64,000 nucleotides of DNA from Octopus sinensis (GCF_006345805.1 NC_043008.1:21576001-21640000); one strand, 5' to 3'; positions 26,517-40,374 are shown, counted from the stretch's first letter. A program made the numbers and translations. Notes: generated by a model from the letters alone, not told the origin.

Positions 26517-26925
26517 CACAAATCAAATTGCGATAAAATAAAAATAATTATAATCGCTGGTATTACTAACACAAGCCATATATTTTTCATATATCAGTAC
26601 ATTAAGGCGAAATATGTGCTAGGAATACAGAAGCTTGATAAATTAAGTGAAATGAAGATAAAAACATTTACTAAACCGGTAATTCTCAGACTGCAGTTTC
26701 TTTCTTTTCAGCAATAAAGATAATTTATTTGCCCAGGGAGAATTCTTCAGTGAGACCCTGTATACATATATGCGACGGGCTTGTTTCAGTTTCCACTCAC
26801 CAAATCTACTCACAAGATTTTGGTCGGCCCGAGGCTGGTTAGTGTAGAAGACACTTGCCCAAGGTACCACGCAGTGGAATTGATCCCGGAACCATGTGGT
26901 TCGTAAGCAAGCTACTTACCACACA
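26229..26925 (-). mobile_element. SINE family A, interrupted by microsatellite and extra sequence (~26450-26765)
   Basis: Tail tactcttttactcttttacttgcttcagtc...; head ...ccatgtggttcgtaagcaagctacttaccacac. Confidence 0.85.
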
Positions 26926-27897
26926 TAAGGACTTTTTATGACCAATTTACACCGAAATTTTACGCCTCGCCGAAAGTTTACCAATACCCGTCTTCCAAGA
27001 TGTTTATTGGTATTGGACTGGGACAGCACTTCCCTTTCTACCCTCACATTCGTTTGCAAGTGAAGTTTAAGAAGGTTGATAAGGGACAAACCTCAATGGA
27101 GTGCCTGTCTTTAGTACTTTCACTCCCTTCTTCCAAAAATCTTTCGAGAACAATAGCACCTAATTCCATTCAACCGTTAATCACATACGTATATTTATTC
27201 ACGCATTCGTCATCCCACCATCTGTTTCGATTGAAAAAGCAATATTTAAAAACGAAAATGGATTCATTGTTATTTTTATGTCATCATTTAATATCGCTTA
27301 CTTCAAAGGAATAAAATAATAACCATTCCTTTCATTTATTGGAAAAATATGCAAAGAATTGAAGAACGTCAATAACGCCATTGATTAATTAAATAAAACA
27401 CACACACACACATATATATATACATACCTGTCTATCTATCTATCTGTCTGTCGGTATGTATGTATGTATGTATGTATGTATGTAGTATGTATGTATGTAT
27501 GTATGTATGTATGTATGTATGTATGTATGTATGCATGTATGTATGTATGTATATATGTATGTGTGTATGTATGTGCATCTGTGTTCTTACATTATGGCAT
27601 TTTCTCTACTATCTTTGGAATACCCTTACTTCCAGTGGAAATAATCAACTTTAATTCTCTTATATTTCAGTCGAAATACGCTATATTCCAAAGGATATTC
27701 GATGTCGATAACGTCAAACTGAATTGAAGTTGATCGCAGAATCAAACATGAAATTCAAATAATAGTTAAATATTGACAGAATAAATAACTGAAAAAAATG
27801 AGCGAGAAAATAATGGAAAGTTTCAAAAGTATGTATAAATACAAATGAAACAGGAGAAACTTGTATAATCGAATATATCTGGTGATGGAAAAATACA

Positions 27898-28125
27898 TTC
27901 TTTTATTCTATTTTACTTGTTCCAGTCATTTGACTGCGGCCATGCTGGGGCACCGCCTTTAGTCGAGCAAATCAACCCCAGGACTTATTCTTTTCTTTGT
28001 AAGCCTAGTACTTATTCTATCGGTCACTTTTGCCGAACTGCTAGATTACGGGGACGTAAACACACCAGCATCGGTTGTCAAGCGATGTTGTTGGAACAAA
28101 CACAAACTCAAAAACATAGACACAC
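27898..28125 (-). mobile_element. SINE family A, 3' half
   Basis: ttttacttgttccagtcatttgactgcggccatgctgg...gtaaacacaccagcatcggttgtcaagcgatg. Confidence 0.85.
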
Positions 28126-28431
28126 AAACACACACACACACACAAACACAGGCACACGCACAGATAAATATATGGAGTTAAACGCAGGTGTTATTCAAGT
28201 CTTTTATTTCCGACATATGTTTCGAAGAAAACATTGGTATTATTCCTGAAGGACGAAAATGGTGTAAAACAATGCAATCTTCTCATCAGGGAAAGAAAGA
28301 AACCAAACACATCAATAGAGATTTTAACAAAATATGATGGCTGCATATATGATGAATGAAGGGAATAATAGTAAATGTTTGAAACGATAAGCATTTAGTG
28401 CATGTTATAACGATTCTGCGAGCTCTCGCCA

Positions 28432-28441
28432 GTAATAATAA

Positions 28442-28514
<73 letters not shown>

Positions 28515-28594
28515 AATATTATAATAATAATAATATAATAATAATTAATAATAATAATGGTAATAATAATAATAATAATAATAAAATAATAATA

Positions 28595-28628
<34 letters not shown>

Positions 28629-28893
28629 CCTTTCTACTGGAAGCAGAAGGTCTCAAATTTTGGGGGAATGGACTAAGGCGATTACAACGACCCCAGTACA
28701 TAACTAGTAGTAATTTTATCAACCCCGAAAGCGGAGGAATTCGATCTCAAACCCTGACAGTAGACGAATAAAGCTAAGCATTTCGCCCGGCCTGCTAACG
28801 ATTCTGAGAGCTCGTCGCCTTAATAATAGTAATAATAATAATTTAATAATAATAATTATAATAATAATGATAATAATAATAATAATACTAATA

Positions 28894-28936
<43 letters not shown>

Positions 28937-28970
28937 TAATATATAATATAATAAAAATAATAATAATAAT
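28432..28970. repeat. (TAA)n field interrupted by a SINE
   Basis: Seen directly. Confidence 0.95.
28625..28822 (-). mobile_element. tRNA-derived SINE family D, diverged
   Basis: ...gctaagcatttcgcccggcctgctaacgattctgagagctcgtcgcc matches the head of the 36101 and 47900 copies. Confidence 0.75.
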
Positions 28971-28972
28971 AA

Positions 28973-30508
28973 GAGAACTACAAGTATCTAGGGGTAATTG
29001 AAGGAGAAGGTATAAGGCATTCAAAGATGAAGGAAAGGATCAGGAGAGAATGTTATCGCAGAGTAAGAGCAATACTCAAGATAGAGCTGAATGCGAGAAA
29101 CAGGATCGAAGCGATCAATGCATTAGCCATACCAGTTGTGACTTACAGTTTCAATATCGTTAACTGGTCAATTACTGAAATATGTAATCTTGACAATGCA
29201 TAGAATGCACCACCCTAAGGCAGATACAGAACGACTTTATCTGCCAAGAAAAGAGGGAGGCCGTGGACTTTTACAACTGGCAATAACAATGAAGATTGCT
29301 ACAATTGGCCTAGACACCTACCTGAAAAACTCTGAGGACGTTAAAATTTGTCTCAAAGCATGAAACAAGAAAGCATCATACTCAGTAACAAAACAGGCAA
29401 AGGAATATCTAAGTGAATTCCGAATCCAAAATTTCGGAATTAGAGATAGACATACAAGAAACAGGCACAGAAAAAGCTAAGCGCATGAAAACCCGTGCTA
29501 AATCTGCGGCCTTAGATATTCTGAATGATAAATGGCAAGAACAACCTCTCTATGGCAAGTACCCAAAGAGAGCAAATAATGCAGATGTTGACAAAGCCCT
29601 GACCCATCAATGGCTAATGGCCTCTGGCTTAAAATCTGAAACAGAGGGGTTTATCATAGCAGCTCAAGATCAATGCCTACCAACAAGAAACTACCAGGCC
29701 AACATATTAAAGATCAGAAGCAGTCCAACGTGTGTATGCCAGCAACAAAATGAAACCATTGACCATGTGGTCTCTAAGTGCAGTCTTCTAGCGCCTACAG
29801 AGTATCTCAACAGACACGATAGAGCTGCACAATATATTCACTGGGTAATCTGCAAAAATCTGGATTTGCCCCATGAAAAAAACTGTTGGGAACACAAACC
29901 ACCCCCAGTGCTTGAAAATGACCACATCTCACTCCTCTGGAACTTCACCATTCAAACTAACAGAAAGATAGATGCAAATAGGCCAGACATCATATTGAAA
30001 GACTTCAAACAAAGAACATGCCTCCTCATTGATATGACTGTCCCAATCGATATAAACGTATATGTCAAGATCTACCAAAAACTGAGCAAATATAAAGATC
30101 TTGAAATAGAAATCAGCAAAATGTGGAACCTGAAGACTAAAACAATACCTGTTGTCATAGGTGCCCTGGGAATGATAGCAAAAGGGACTGATAGCTACCT
30201 AACTCAGATACCAGGAAACCCCAAAATGGCAGAAATTCAAAAGATAGTGCTCATGGGAGCTGCTCATATCCTACGCAAAATACTCTCTATGTAATCTCAA
30301 GGTTTAAAACAAACATAATTTTCGGTTTAAAAAAAAAAAAAAAATTTTTTTTTTTTAGACATTCATTAGTACAACACCAAAAACTCCCCCCCCCAATATA
30401 TAGCAACTAGGCATAACAACAACTGAACTTCCAACCTGTTGTCTCTTGAGGTCTCTGGGTGAGACTTGGAGCCAACTTGTACAAATATAAAGCAAAAGTC
30501 AAACATAG
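28973..30508 (+). mobile_element. 5'-truncated R4/Dong LINE in (TAA)n
   Basis: YKYLG, MHHPKAD.ERLYLPRKEGGRGL, RHDRAAQYIHW, NRPDIILKD..LIDMTVP; (TAA)n on both sides. Confidence 0.92.
29413..30294 (+). pseudogene. R4/Dong C-terminal zinc knuckle + restriction-like endonuclease region
   Basis: 293-aa ORF homologous to 4132-5085. Confidence 0.88.
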
Positions 30509-30525
30509 AATAATAATAATAATAA

Positions 30526-30578
<53 letters not shown>

Positions 30579-30869
30579 GCAATGATAACAACAACAAGAG
30601 CACTCAAAGAGAGGCAACACCAACATCCTATCAACGATTAGTCGGAGATAATTCTTAAAATCAGATATCTGAAATAAGCTGGACTGCTCTTACAAAGAAT
30701 ACTAAAAATGAATCTGACCATTCTCAAACGTTAAGTAAAAAAAAAAAAAAAAGAAACAGAAAATAATCCAGAATCCTTGTCCGGTACCTGATCGATCCCA
30801 ATGGAATGTGAATGTGAGTATGTGGGCCTTGTTTGTAATGCTGTGTGTGTGTGTGTGTGTGTTGTCTGT

Positions 30870-31075
30870 AGTGGGAACAGGGACAGTTTTCTCTATGAAG
30901 GCCCTTTTTAGTCTATCCACTGATATAGTGTCTTTACGACCATTAGGATCTATAGTGAAGCATTTATCCCTGCGTGAAAAAAAAACGGGAAGGACCTACA
31001 CCCGGTGCTGTTGACGGGGGTTTAACAACATCGTTGCGCATAAAAACGGGATTCCGAGAAATAGAACTTCCTTCA
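30870..31075 (-). mobile_element. Degenerate Ty3/Gypsy integrase C-terminal fragment
   Basis: Minus translation VFMRNDVVKP...RDKCFTIDPNGRKDTISVDRLKRAF resembles the GPY/F-region tail VFVR.DAV....GP...R.DK.F....G..DTVS.DRLKPA. Confidence 0.6.
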
Positions 31076-31099
31076 AAGCAGAGCAGAATTTGAACACAG

Positions 31100-31400
31100 A
31101 ACGAAGCAAATAAGGACTAAATGCTGCTAAGCATTTTTCCTAGCGTGCTCATGATTGTGCTAACTCCCCACCATAATAGTAGTAGTAGTAGTATTAGTAG
31201 TAGTAGTAATTTTCCCCAGCAGTTTTAAGGGGAGACGGATAGTTTCCGTCTTTCCTAGTATTTGATTGCTGCCATATTTTTATCGGCCCGGGAGAAGTGA
31301 ATGTTAAAGTTGATCCCGGTAGGAATCGATCTCGAAACATGAAAAGTTAGAAGAAATTCAGCAATACCACATGCTGCTCTGAACATTCTGCCAATCACCC
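31100..31400 (-). mobile_element. Old SINE family D remnants
   Basis: gctgctaagcatttttcctagcgtgctcatgattgtgc and tttatcggccc...aaagttgatccc. Confidence 0.5.
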
Positions 31401-32379
31401 ACCACTAAATAAGCGTGTATAATTTATCCGCAAGACCAGTAATTTTGAGGGAAGGCCTTGTGTCGATAACTTTGATTCCCATATTTGATTAGTATGAACA
31501 ACAGAAAAACTGTGTGATACATTGACAACACTTAAACATCCACTTTGATTCATTACGAGCCTAAAAATATGAAAAAATTGTGATTTATGGCGAAATTATA
31601 GCCTGGGAGTTTTGAGACAAATCTGCAAGTAAAACGAAAGCAGAAATCTGCATTGCACACTAAGGAAGAGAAGCCAAAAGAAAACGCAGATTAAATAATC
31701 ATTCATTATGAATAATTAGCTGAGAAAAACAAGACTAACCTTTACACTGTTGTGGAGAATGATGGTGAAAATGAGTTAATGATTTCATTAACAATCAGGA
31801 ATTCTGAAGTTATCAGAGAAAGACATTTGACTGGAGGTGAGATATGTACTTAAGTTATTAAATATGATCTTTGCACGCAAAGACATACAAAGATGATGTT
31901 AATAAAATAATAACTCAAAGGACTTCAATAACTGCAATCGAAGAGCATTCTCAAGCAGCTGAGAGTGAAATTGCTGTAGAAAGGAAAGATCGTAGGAAAT
32001 AAAATAACTGATTAGAAAAAGAGAAGGTAAAAAAATAATAATAATAATAATAATAATAAAAAGGTTTGAAGAGATTTATCAAACGTGACGGGAAATGGTA
32101 ATGAAGTCAATAACTCAGGTCAAATAGTGAAACAAATGGAACAGGAGGTCGGACATCAAAGCAAGACGATCGAGTGGAAAGGAAAAGCATAATAGAATAT
32201 AAAATAAAAGCTTCGTTTTTAAGTAGATGTATGAAAAGGAAGAAGCGTTTTGTAATGAACAAGGAGTAGAAAAGAAGCTCTTAAAGTTATGCTGAGAGAA
32301 CTATACAGTAAGAGATGAATAAATATCAAAAGATTCATTCACTGAAAACAAGATCGATCTGGACAAAAATATTCGAAGA

Positions 32380-32730
32380 CGACAGAATGGAGACTTTTAC
32401 ATAAACTCAACAATGATATTACGTCAACTTTCATAGGGATTACTATATCAAACAAGACAGCAATTGAAGACCTCTGTCGTCTATAATAAAATATATAAAT
32501 AAATACATAAACAGATCCAGAACAAAGCCTGGATTGGTTTATATATTGACGTTCAAATATCTCTAATAAATGGAAACAATAACTACAGTTCAATGCACGG
32601 TATAATGGCATTTCAAAGATGATTACGCAGACATATATACGGATCAAAGATGGGGAAGTCTCAGTGAAGACACTCGACCAGCAAGAAAGAGTAGCTAAAT
32701 TCCTTCAAGGCATATACTATCTTCGTAAAA
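32380..32730 (+). mobile_element. Highly degenerate LINE reverse-transcriptase remnant
   Basis: Weak motif-like translations FIGITISNK and NGISKMITQTY...VAKFLQG in RT-like order; many stops. Confidence 0.3.
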
Positions 32731-32803
32731 GTCTCAGTGAAGACACTCGACCAGCAAGAAAGAGTAGCTAAATTCCTTCAAGGCATATACTATCTTCGTA
32801 AAA
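32658..32803. repeat. Perfect 73-bp tandem duplication
   Basis: gtctcagtgaagacactcgacc...tatcttcgtaaaa twice (32658-32730, 32731-32803). Confidence 0.95.
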
Positions 32804-33817
32804 GTAGTAGGAAACATTGGGTTATGTGATATTAGATCTATAAATGGACTTTGTCAATGACGTGTACTCAAAATCAGCTACATGCAGGGGCGCGATTTGC
32901 TGCATCCCATATTTAGGAAGAAGTGAATAATTGTAAATATCTGTCTGACTGAATAATACTAGGAGAAAACCATAAAAAAGCGTTTCATTTGACATGTGTC
33001 ATATCGAGTTAAACTCATTGTATATTAATGTTCCTGCCACCTCTACAAATGCAACGAGCCCAGGTTTAACACAGAAACCATGTAACTAACGGCGTTATTC
33101 TTCATATATTGCAAGAATAATTGAATAAATACTACGTATAACAAAATAGCCATACTATAAGACGTTGCGGCTTATGATAATTACAAAACAACTGTAAACG
33201 GCTTTTATGTTATTATTAATTATAAATTTAAGGAAAATGATGCTTAGTGGACTACTAAGTAAGAGGAGAAGATCTCGAGAAATTTATACATATCAAAATA
33301 AATTATACTTAGTTATGGAAGTAGAGACATACCAAGTGAGGAAAATGAAAAACAAACGGGAAAAAGGGAGACGAGAATAAAAAGAAAATATAAAGGAAAG
33401 TAAGAAAAATTCGCATACTGAAACGTTTTATATGAAGAAAGAAGAGGCAATTACAGAACGAAGATTTTCAGCGACGCAAACATGTAATTATATAAAATAA
33501 CACTATTACTTTCATCTTCCATAATATTTTGTTATCATTATAAAAAACTACAGAAAACATTGTTCTAATATGTAGTGCAAACATGGAATCAGCGAAAATG
33601 GTGAACATTCTGTAAGCATTATCAGTCGCACTTACAAAGCATATGTGCGACCTATTCCGTCCTAAATTCAACACATTGTAGACAGGATAATTTTATTGTA
33701 GACAGGATAATTTTTCTGAATCCTCAAAACTTGGCATGACAGTCCTCTATAAACTCATCATCATCATCATCATCTTTATTATTATTTTAATTATTATTAT
33801 TATTATTATTATTACTA

Positions 33818-33850
<33 letters not shown>

Positions 33851-33851
<1 letters not shown>

Positions 33852-35121
33852 TCAGTAGTTTTATTTTTATAGCGTGCTTTCACTTCACTACCGAGCGCAG
33901 CTCTGTGTGCCTTGGGTATGTGCTGTGATTTGTTGTGATGCTCTGATGGTTATTGTATGGAAAGTGTTCTGCGTAGGATGTGTGCAGTGCCTAGTAGTGC
34001 AATTTTCTGTATGTTATATGTGTTTGTAAGTCCTGGTGTTTTTGTTATGTATTGTCTGAATATTTTTTTATCATGCCTAATGCACCTACTATGATAGGAA
34101 TTGTTTCTGTTTTTAGATTCCACATTCTAGTTATCTCTATTCCAGGTGTTTGTATTTTGAGAGTTTCTCCATTTCTTTTAGAGACACGTTGTCATCTGCC
34201 GGTATTGATACATCAATTAGAAAGCATTTTTTTTCTTCATGATCTCTGACAACTATATCTGGTCTGTTGGCCTTAATTTCTCTATCTGTGTGTATCGGCA
34301 TATCCCAGAGTATGGTTGCTTTCTCGTTTTCTGTGACCTTTTCTGGTGTGTGCCTATACCATCTTTTTCTGTGTTGTTATTCCATAATGTTGGCATAGCT
34401 TCCAATGTATGTAGGTTCCAACTCTGTCATGTCTGTGAATATTTTCCTTCTTAGCCCGGACTGGGCAGCTAGAGATAATATGATTTATTGTTTCTTGTCC
34501 ATCTCCACATATTCTGCAGTTACTTGTAATATTCCTTTTCATCACATGTTTTGGTAATTTCTGGTGGGGAGGCTTTGTCTTGTGCTGCAATAAAAATCCC
34601 TCTGTTTCTGCTTTGAGTCCTGAGCTTCTCAACCATTGCTGGGATTTTTCTTTGTCTATTACTTTTGCGTTTAGTTTAGTGCAATATTACCATGAAGGGG
34701 CTTTTCTTGCCATCGTTTTATCATGGCTCGTTGCTGTTCTATTTTTAGTTTGGATTTCATTTGTTTTATAGCTTTTGTTGTTTCTTCATCATCTTCTTCT
34801 TCTTCTTCTTTGTGTTTTTAGGTGGTATGATTTCTTGTTTGTATTTGTCAGCTTCCTTAAATACTGAGAACAGTTTTTTGTTTTGCTCGTGTTTTGCTGC
34901 TATCTGGATCAGTTTTCCTTCCTTCTGAAGTAGGTATTCTTGCAGTCCTATGGTGGTTATTTTATAGTAGTTTTCCAGCTGTATAAGGCCTCTACCACCT
35001 TCTATACGTTGTATATATAGTCTTTCTATGTCAGATTTTGGGTGATGCATCCTAGATCCTGTCAGTATTTTTCTTGTTTTCCTATCTATTTTGGACAGTT
35101 CATTTCGTGTCCAGTTAAGGA

Positions 35122-35122
<1 letters not shown>
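33851..35122 (-). mobile_element. 5'-truncated R4/Dong LINE in (TAA)n
   Basis: Minus translation ILNWTRNELSKIDRKTRKIL..MHHPKSDIERLY..GGRGL, SSGLKAETEGF, CRICG..ETINHIISSC, RHDRVG; (TTA)n on both sides. Confidence 0.92.
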
Positions 35123-35199
<77 letters not shown>

Positions 35200-35477
35200 C
35201 ATTAATATTATTATTATTATTATTATTGTTGTTGTTTTTGGTGTTGTTATTATTGTTGTTGATATTATTATTATTATTGTTGTTGTTATTGTTGTTCTTG
35301 TTTTAATTCGCCGTTGAGTCGTTCAGGTGCACGTAACGTTTTCTACAAGATTTCTCGTGGGGTGGAAACCATTCCTTCACAAAGCCAACAAAAGCTTAAT
35401 ACGAAACGCCATAGATTTGCTCAAGAGTTTTCCAAACTCTGATTAAGTAGGAGATGGGTTTATAATGTAAAAACAAA

Positions 35478-36280
35478 AAAATTGGGCTGCGTGGTTTTCA
35501 TCATGTCGCTTGCTTTTAACCATGTGTTTTCAGTTTCACCTCCTTGGCACGGCATCATTTAGGTAAGTGTTTTCTACTATAGCCTCGAACCGACCAACGC
35601 CTTATTTTTTAATTTAGTGGACGGAAACTTTGTGGAAGTCCTTCCTATATGGATGTCTGCCTTTGTGTGTATGTGTGTCTCTTTCTTATTTCTTTACTGC
35701 CTACAAGGGGTTAAACACAAAGGGGACAAACGAGGACAGACAAACAGATTAAGTCGATTTAACGACCCTAGGGCGTAACTGGTACTTAATTTATCGACCT
35801 CGAAAGGATGAAAGGCAAAGTCGACCTCGGCGGAATTTGAACTCAGAACGTAACGGCAGACGAAATACCTATTTCTTTACTACCCACAAGGGGCTAAACA
35901 CAGAGGAAACAAACAAGGACAGACAAACGGATTAAGTTGATTATATCGACCCCAGTGCGTAACTGGTACTTAATTTATCGACCCCAAAAGAATGAAAGGC
36001 AAAGTCGACCTCGGCGGAATTTGAACTTAGAATGTAACGGCAGACGAAATACTGCTAAGCATTTCGTCCGGTGTGCTAACGTTTCTGCCAGCTCGCCGCC
36101 ATGTGTATATCTCTTTCTGGTTGTATTTCTTTCCCCTCCACTACTTAACAACGACTAATGAATAAGTACTAGACATAAAAAAGAGACATAAATACTAGAG
36201 ACGATTTATTCCACTAAAACCGTTCAAGGCTGTGCTCCAGCATGACCGCAGTCACATGACTGAGACAAGTAAAAGACAAA
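35478..36280 (+). mobile_element. Old SINE family A copy split by a nested family D insertion
   Basis: Head-like 35478-35660 and tail gaataagtactag...gctccagcatgaccgcagtcacatgactgagacaagtaaaaga at 36160-36280. Confidence 0.6.
35690..36101 (-). mobile_element. SINE family D: head plus two ~183-bp tandem body units
   Basis: Head ggcggcgagctggcagaaacgttagcac; body repeated with period ~183. Confidence 0.85.
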
Positions 36281-36407
36281 ATATTGGTAATTTAAAAAGT
36301 ATTCCGAGTATATTTACTGTAAGCTATAGATTAACCAATCGTAAGATGTGAAATCTTTCTGGCCCATTCTGACCAGTGAATTCTTCAGAAGAAAACGGTG
36401 TTAAATA

Positions 36408-36928
36408 CCGTAAATCCTCGAGTATAATCCGTTTCGTTCCCAAAATTTAAAGGTCAAAGACCCTAGAGCGTACTATATACGAGGTTAAAAATGAAAATTA
36501 TTTTCCAAGCAATGTCCGAGACTCTATTTGCTGTCCGGCAATGTTTATTCAGATGCATTTTGTGATGTCGGGCGCGAAAATAACTTAAACTAAGCCTGAA
36601 AGCAATGAAGTCATAAAAGAATCATCCATAACTTGCAGTAAGCAACATTTATTAAACGTTATTACTGTTATTACTGTTATTTCTGTATTTTCTGCAAACA
36701 AAATGCACAAAAAAGCTACTCGTTTGCATTATGTTATATATACACAATAATAATAAAGGACGTTACCGTATACAGTTTTACAAACCAAGGACGTTATATA
36801 GACCTCCTTGACTCAAGTTAGAGAAGAGGTGCGTATTATACACAAGGTTTAGGTTTTTCAGAGGTACAGCCCCCTACAAATCCCCTGCCCATTATACTCA
36901 AGGGCGGACTATACTCGATGATTTACGG
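36408..36928. mobile_element. Tc2/pogo-like MITE, 521 bp
   Basis: TA|ccgtaaatcctcgagtataatccg ... cggactatactcgatgatttacgg|TA; internal repeats of a tatactcga-like motif. Confidence 0.8.
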
Positions 36929-36998
36929 TAATACAAAGAATTTGTATTTTTCGATGTTGTTGTTGTTGTTGTTGTTGTTGTTATTATTATTATTATTA

Positions 36999-37040
<42 letters not shown>

Positions 37041-37045
<5 letters not shown>

Positions 37046-37114
37046 TCACTGCCTGGAATCGAACTCGGAATCTTGGGGTTAGTTGCCCGCGCTATTAGCC
37101 ACTACGCCTTGCGT
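37041..37114 (-). mobile_element. tRNA-like SINE head followed by (AAT)n/(AAC)n
   Basis: Minus strand ggcgtagtggctaatagcgcggg...gagttcgattccaggcagtgacctga with A and B boxes; no proper acceptor stem seen. Confidence 0.7.
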
Positions 37115-37867
37115 GTTTAAAGAAAGGAAATATAATATCTATCTCTCATTTCTCTCTCATTCTGTCACTCTCTGCATCTGTCTGTGTATATTCTTGTACA
37201 TGCACGTACACGTGCGTGACTTTGCCTCCAGTGCCAAAATGTACTTTCGTCCTGTCGACCTACTCAATTGTTTCACGCCGTGTTTCTTCGATGCAATAAT
37301 TTTTTGCTACAGTAATTCTTCCATTCACCCCTATTGCACAACGTCTTTCACTCTTACCTTGTTTTTTTTTTTTTATAACCTGTTTGTTCCTCTCCACATA
37401 TCCCTATAAGCTCGTGTTAAACGTTGGAGTTGTTATTTTTCTGAAAACAGAGAAGTCGAGAGTTGGCTTTAAAAAGTTAATACTTTTTCTGTAGCATGGA
37501 TAGCATGATGTTAGTGGAAAGAGCAATAGTTAGATTCCTTCATGTATCAGAGAATCCGAACAAACACCAAATATTAAATATTGTCATTTAGACGCACCGA
37601 CTGAAAGGAATCCAGACCACCCACGCAAGGAAATAAAACCAACAAAATCAACAACAATAAATAAAAAAAGGAAAACAAATAAAAAATATGATATAAATCA
37701 ATATTCTCTAACGAAAGAGAAATTATTTCCCAAACATGTTCTAGAAACCTATATCTGAATATTACAGTTAAAGGGCGAATATTATGGTGTCTATAATTAG
37801 CACGTGCTTTCCTGCTTTCGTGTTACAACAAATTTTCTTCATAATAACCAACGAATCCCTGGCTGCA

Positions 37868-38373
37868 TTTCTCTCTCCTTCTCTCTTCTTCTCTCTCCTT
37901 CTCTCTTCTTCTCTCTCTTTCTCTCTCCTTCTCTCTCCTTCTCTCTCTTCTCTCTCCTTCTCTCTTCTTCTCTCTCCTTCTCTCTCCTTCTATTTCCTTC
38001 TCTCTTCTTCTCTCTCCTTCTCTCTTCTTCTCTCTTCTTCTCTCTCCTTCTCTCTCCTTCTCTCTCCTTCTCTCTTCTTCTCTCTCCTTCTCTCTTCTTC
38101 TCTCTCCTTCTCTCTCCTTCTCTCTCCTTCTCTCTCCTCTCTTCTTCTCTCTTCTTCTCTCTCCTTCACTCTTCTTCTCTCTCCTTCTCTCTTCTTCTCT
38201 CTCCTTCTCTCTTCTTCTCTCTTCTTCTTCTCTCTCCTTCTCTCTCCTTCTCTCTTCTTCTTCTCTCTCCTTCTCTCTCCGTCTCTCTCCTTCTCTCTCC
38301 TTATCTCTCTTTCTCTCTCCTTCTCTCTTCTTCTCTCTTCTTCTCTCTCCTTCTCTCTCCTCTCTCTCTTTCT
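37868..38373. repeat. Near-pure pyrimidine/purine satellite of 10-mers (CTCTCTCCTT / CTCTCTTCTT)
   Basis: Seen directly, ~500 bp. Confidence 0.95.
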
Positions 38374-39021
38374 CACACACCCACGGTCCTAATTTCTTTT
38401 TCTTCATTTCTCTTCATAATTTCCTTTACTATGCAGTTGTATTGAACTTCGAGGTTGAATATGTTCCGCTAGGCCACTAAGCACGCACACAGCACACAGT
38501 TTTTCGTTTCACTATTCTGTATTTTTCTTTTCCCTTTTTTTTCTTTCCTTTTTTTTGTTATCATTTTGCTCAGCGAAACTTCATTGTTCGTCTGACACAT
38601 TAGTTCTGTTAGAGAGTGTTTCGTGACGAGGAAACGGTTTTCTTTCTTCTATTCTTTGTATACAAATATGAAAACTTTCAGAAATGATTTTATTGTTTGT
38701 TTACAAGGTTTGCGTTCGTTATTGCTACTATGACTGTAACCAACGCAAAACGAAGAAACAAAGAAAGAAAGAAAGAACATTAACACATAATCAAAACACC
38801 ATGTACCTTACGCTATACAATAATATCTAATTTTGCAACGTTGGTATATTTATGAGATATATCACGTATATTTTTAACGTTCACATATTCTTTCACCGGA
38901 CTGCAGAAGAAATAAACATTATACGGCAGGAAGAGTGTATTATAAACGAACAGGAAAAATGGATATGATTTTTGAATTGGCCGAAATTGCAGAATGAACT
39001 ATATATATATATATATAAATA

Positions 39022-39209
39022 GGCGTAGGAGTGACTGTGTGGTAAGTAGCTTGCTTACCAACCGCATGGTTCAGGGTTCAGTCCCACTGCGTGGCACCTT
39101 GGGCAAGTGTCTTCTACTATAGCTTCGGGCCGACCAAAGCCTTGTGAGTGGATTTGGTAGACGGAAACTGAAACAAGCCCGTCGAATATATGTATATATA
39201 TATATATAT

Positions 39210-39303
<94 letters not shown>

Positions 39304-39512
39304 TTGTGTGTCTGTGTTTGTCCCCCCAACATCGCTTGACAACCGATGCTGGTGTGTTTACGTCTCCGTAACTTAGTGGTTCAGAAAAGAGACCGATAGA
39401 ATAAGTACTAGGCTTACAAAGAATAAGTCCCTGGGTCGATTTGCTCGACTAAAGGCGGTGCTCCAGCATGACCGCAGTCAAATGACTGAAACAAGTAAAA
39501 GAGTAAAAGAGT
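39022..39512 (+). mobile_element. SINE family A, full length
   Basis: tRNA-like head ggcgtaggagtgactgtgtggtaag...ggttcagtccc, internal (TA)/(TG) tract, tail gtaaaagagtaaaagag. Confidence 0.9.
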
Positions 39513-39904
39513 ATATATATACAAAGAGAAATATGTTAAGGATAATTTTGAAATTATTGTAGGACATAACATGTGGAATGGTGTAATTCTTGTTGATCAA
39601 TAGATCGATATTTAAAAGCTTCTCAGCCAGCATTTCCAAAATTTCTTTCAAATATGTTTGATAGTTTCAAAACGCGCGGGTTCCAGATACTTCAGCGATG
39701 ACGTAACGAGGTACTCCTTGTATCTATTTGAGTATTCTTAACATTCAGGAAGACTCAATGTCTCACTGTGTAACAAGACAAACCCCTTGAAAGACTGTCA
39801 ATTATATAGGCCAACATAGTCTCCATACACACAGGTTCACTCAAAAGACTTGGAAATGCCCAAAAGTTAGGAATAAGATTTCCCTAACGTATGGCAGGTA
39901 TGTG

Positions 39905-40372
39905 CCGTTGCATCGCGACGTTACATCCATCATTTGTTGGTATGTGCTTAAGTCGTCCTACGCAGTCCCTGTCTCTGCGTGGCCATGTGGTATGTGGTTG
40001 ACCAACACGAGTCGGTACTGCAACCGGATCCTCAGAGACGAGAACATAATATGAAGGATCCATCTCGGAAAATCAAGCCACATAACGAAACATACAAGTA
40101 ACAGGACGCCTCACAGTTTCTGTGTAGAGTCGGTGGTTGGATACAAAATCCAACCAACGATAACCCAAAATCCTACGAGGCGTCGTGGCACCAAATGACT
40201 TCAGGCAGTGCCTTATAACTTTGGAAAGTATCCAAGTTGCGCAACTATAGAGCAGGACAGGGAGGCCAGAAACCTGAAGACCTGAATCTTTGTCCTCCTG
40301 CACAGATATCGGCAGCATTGAACACCTTTCGCAAGTGAGTCCACAACTCATTGTTTGGGACGGGTGTACAGT
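39905..40372 (-). mobile_element. RTE-clade LINE 3' fragment
   Basis: LPVLLYSCATWIL...RRILGYRWLDFVSN motif. Confidence 0.78.
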
Positions 40373-40374
40373 CA

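Noticed and set aside
33675-33714. 20-bp perfect tandem duplication
   Set aside because: Ordinary slippage event, not informative
37041-37114. Functional tRNA gene, or an R4-dependent minimal SINE with a TAA tail
   Set aside because: No proper cloverleaf; sequence continues beyond the AAT/AAC tract (catcgaaaaatac), so the repeat may be internal, not a tail
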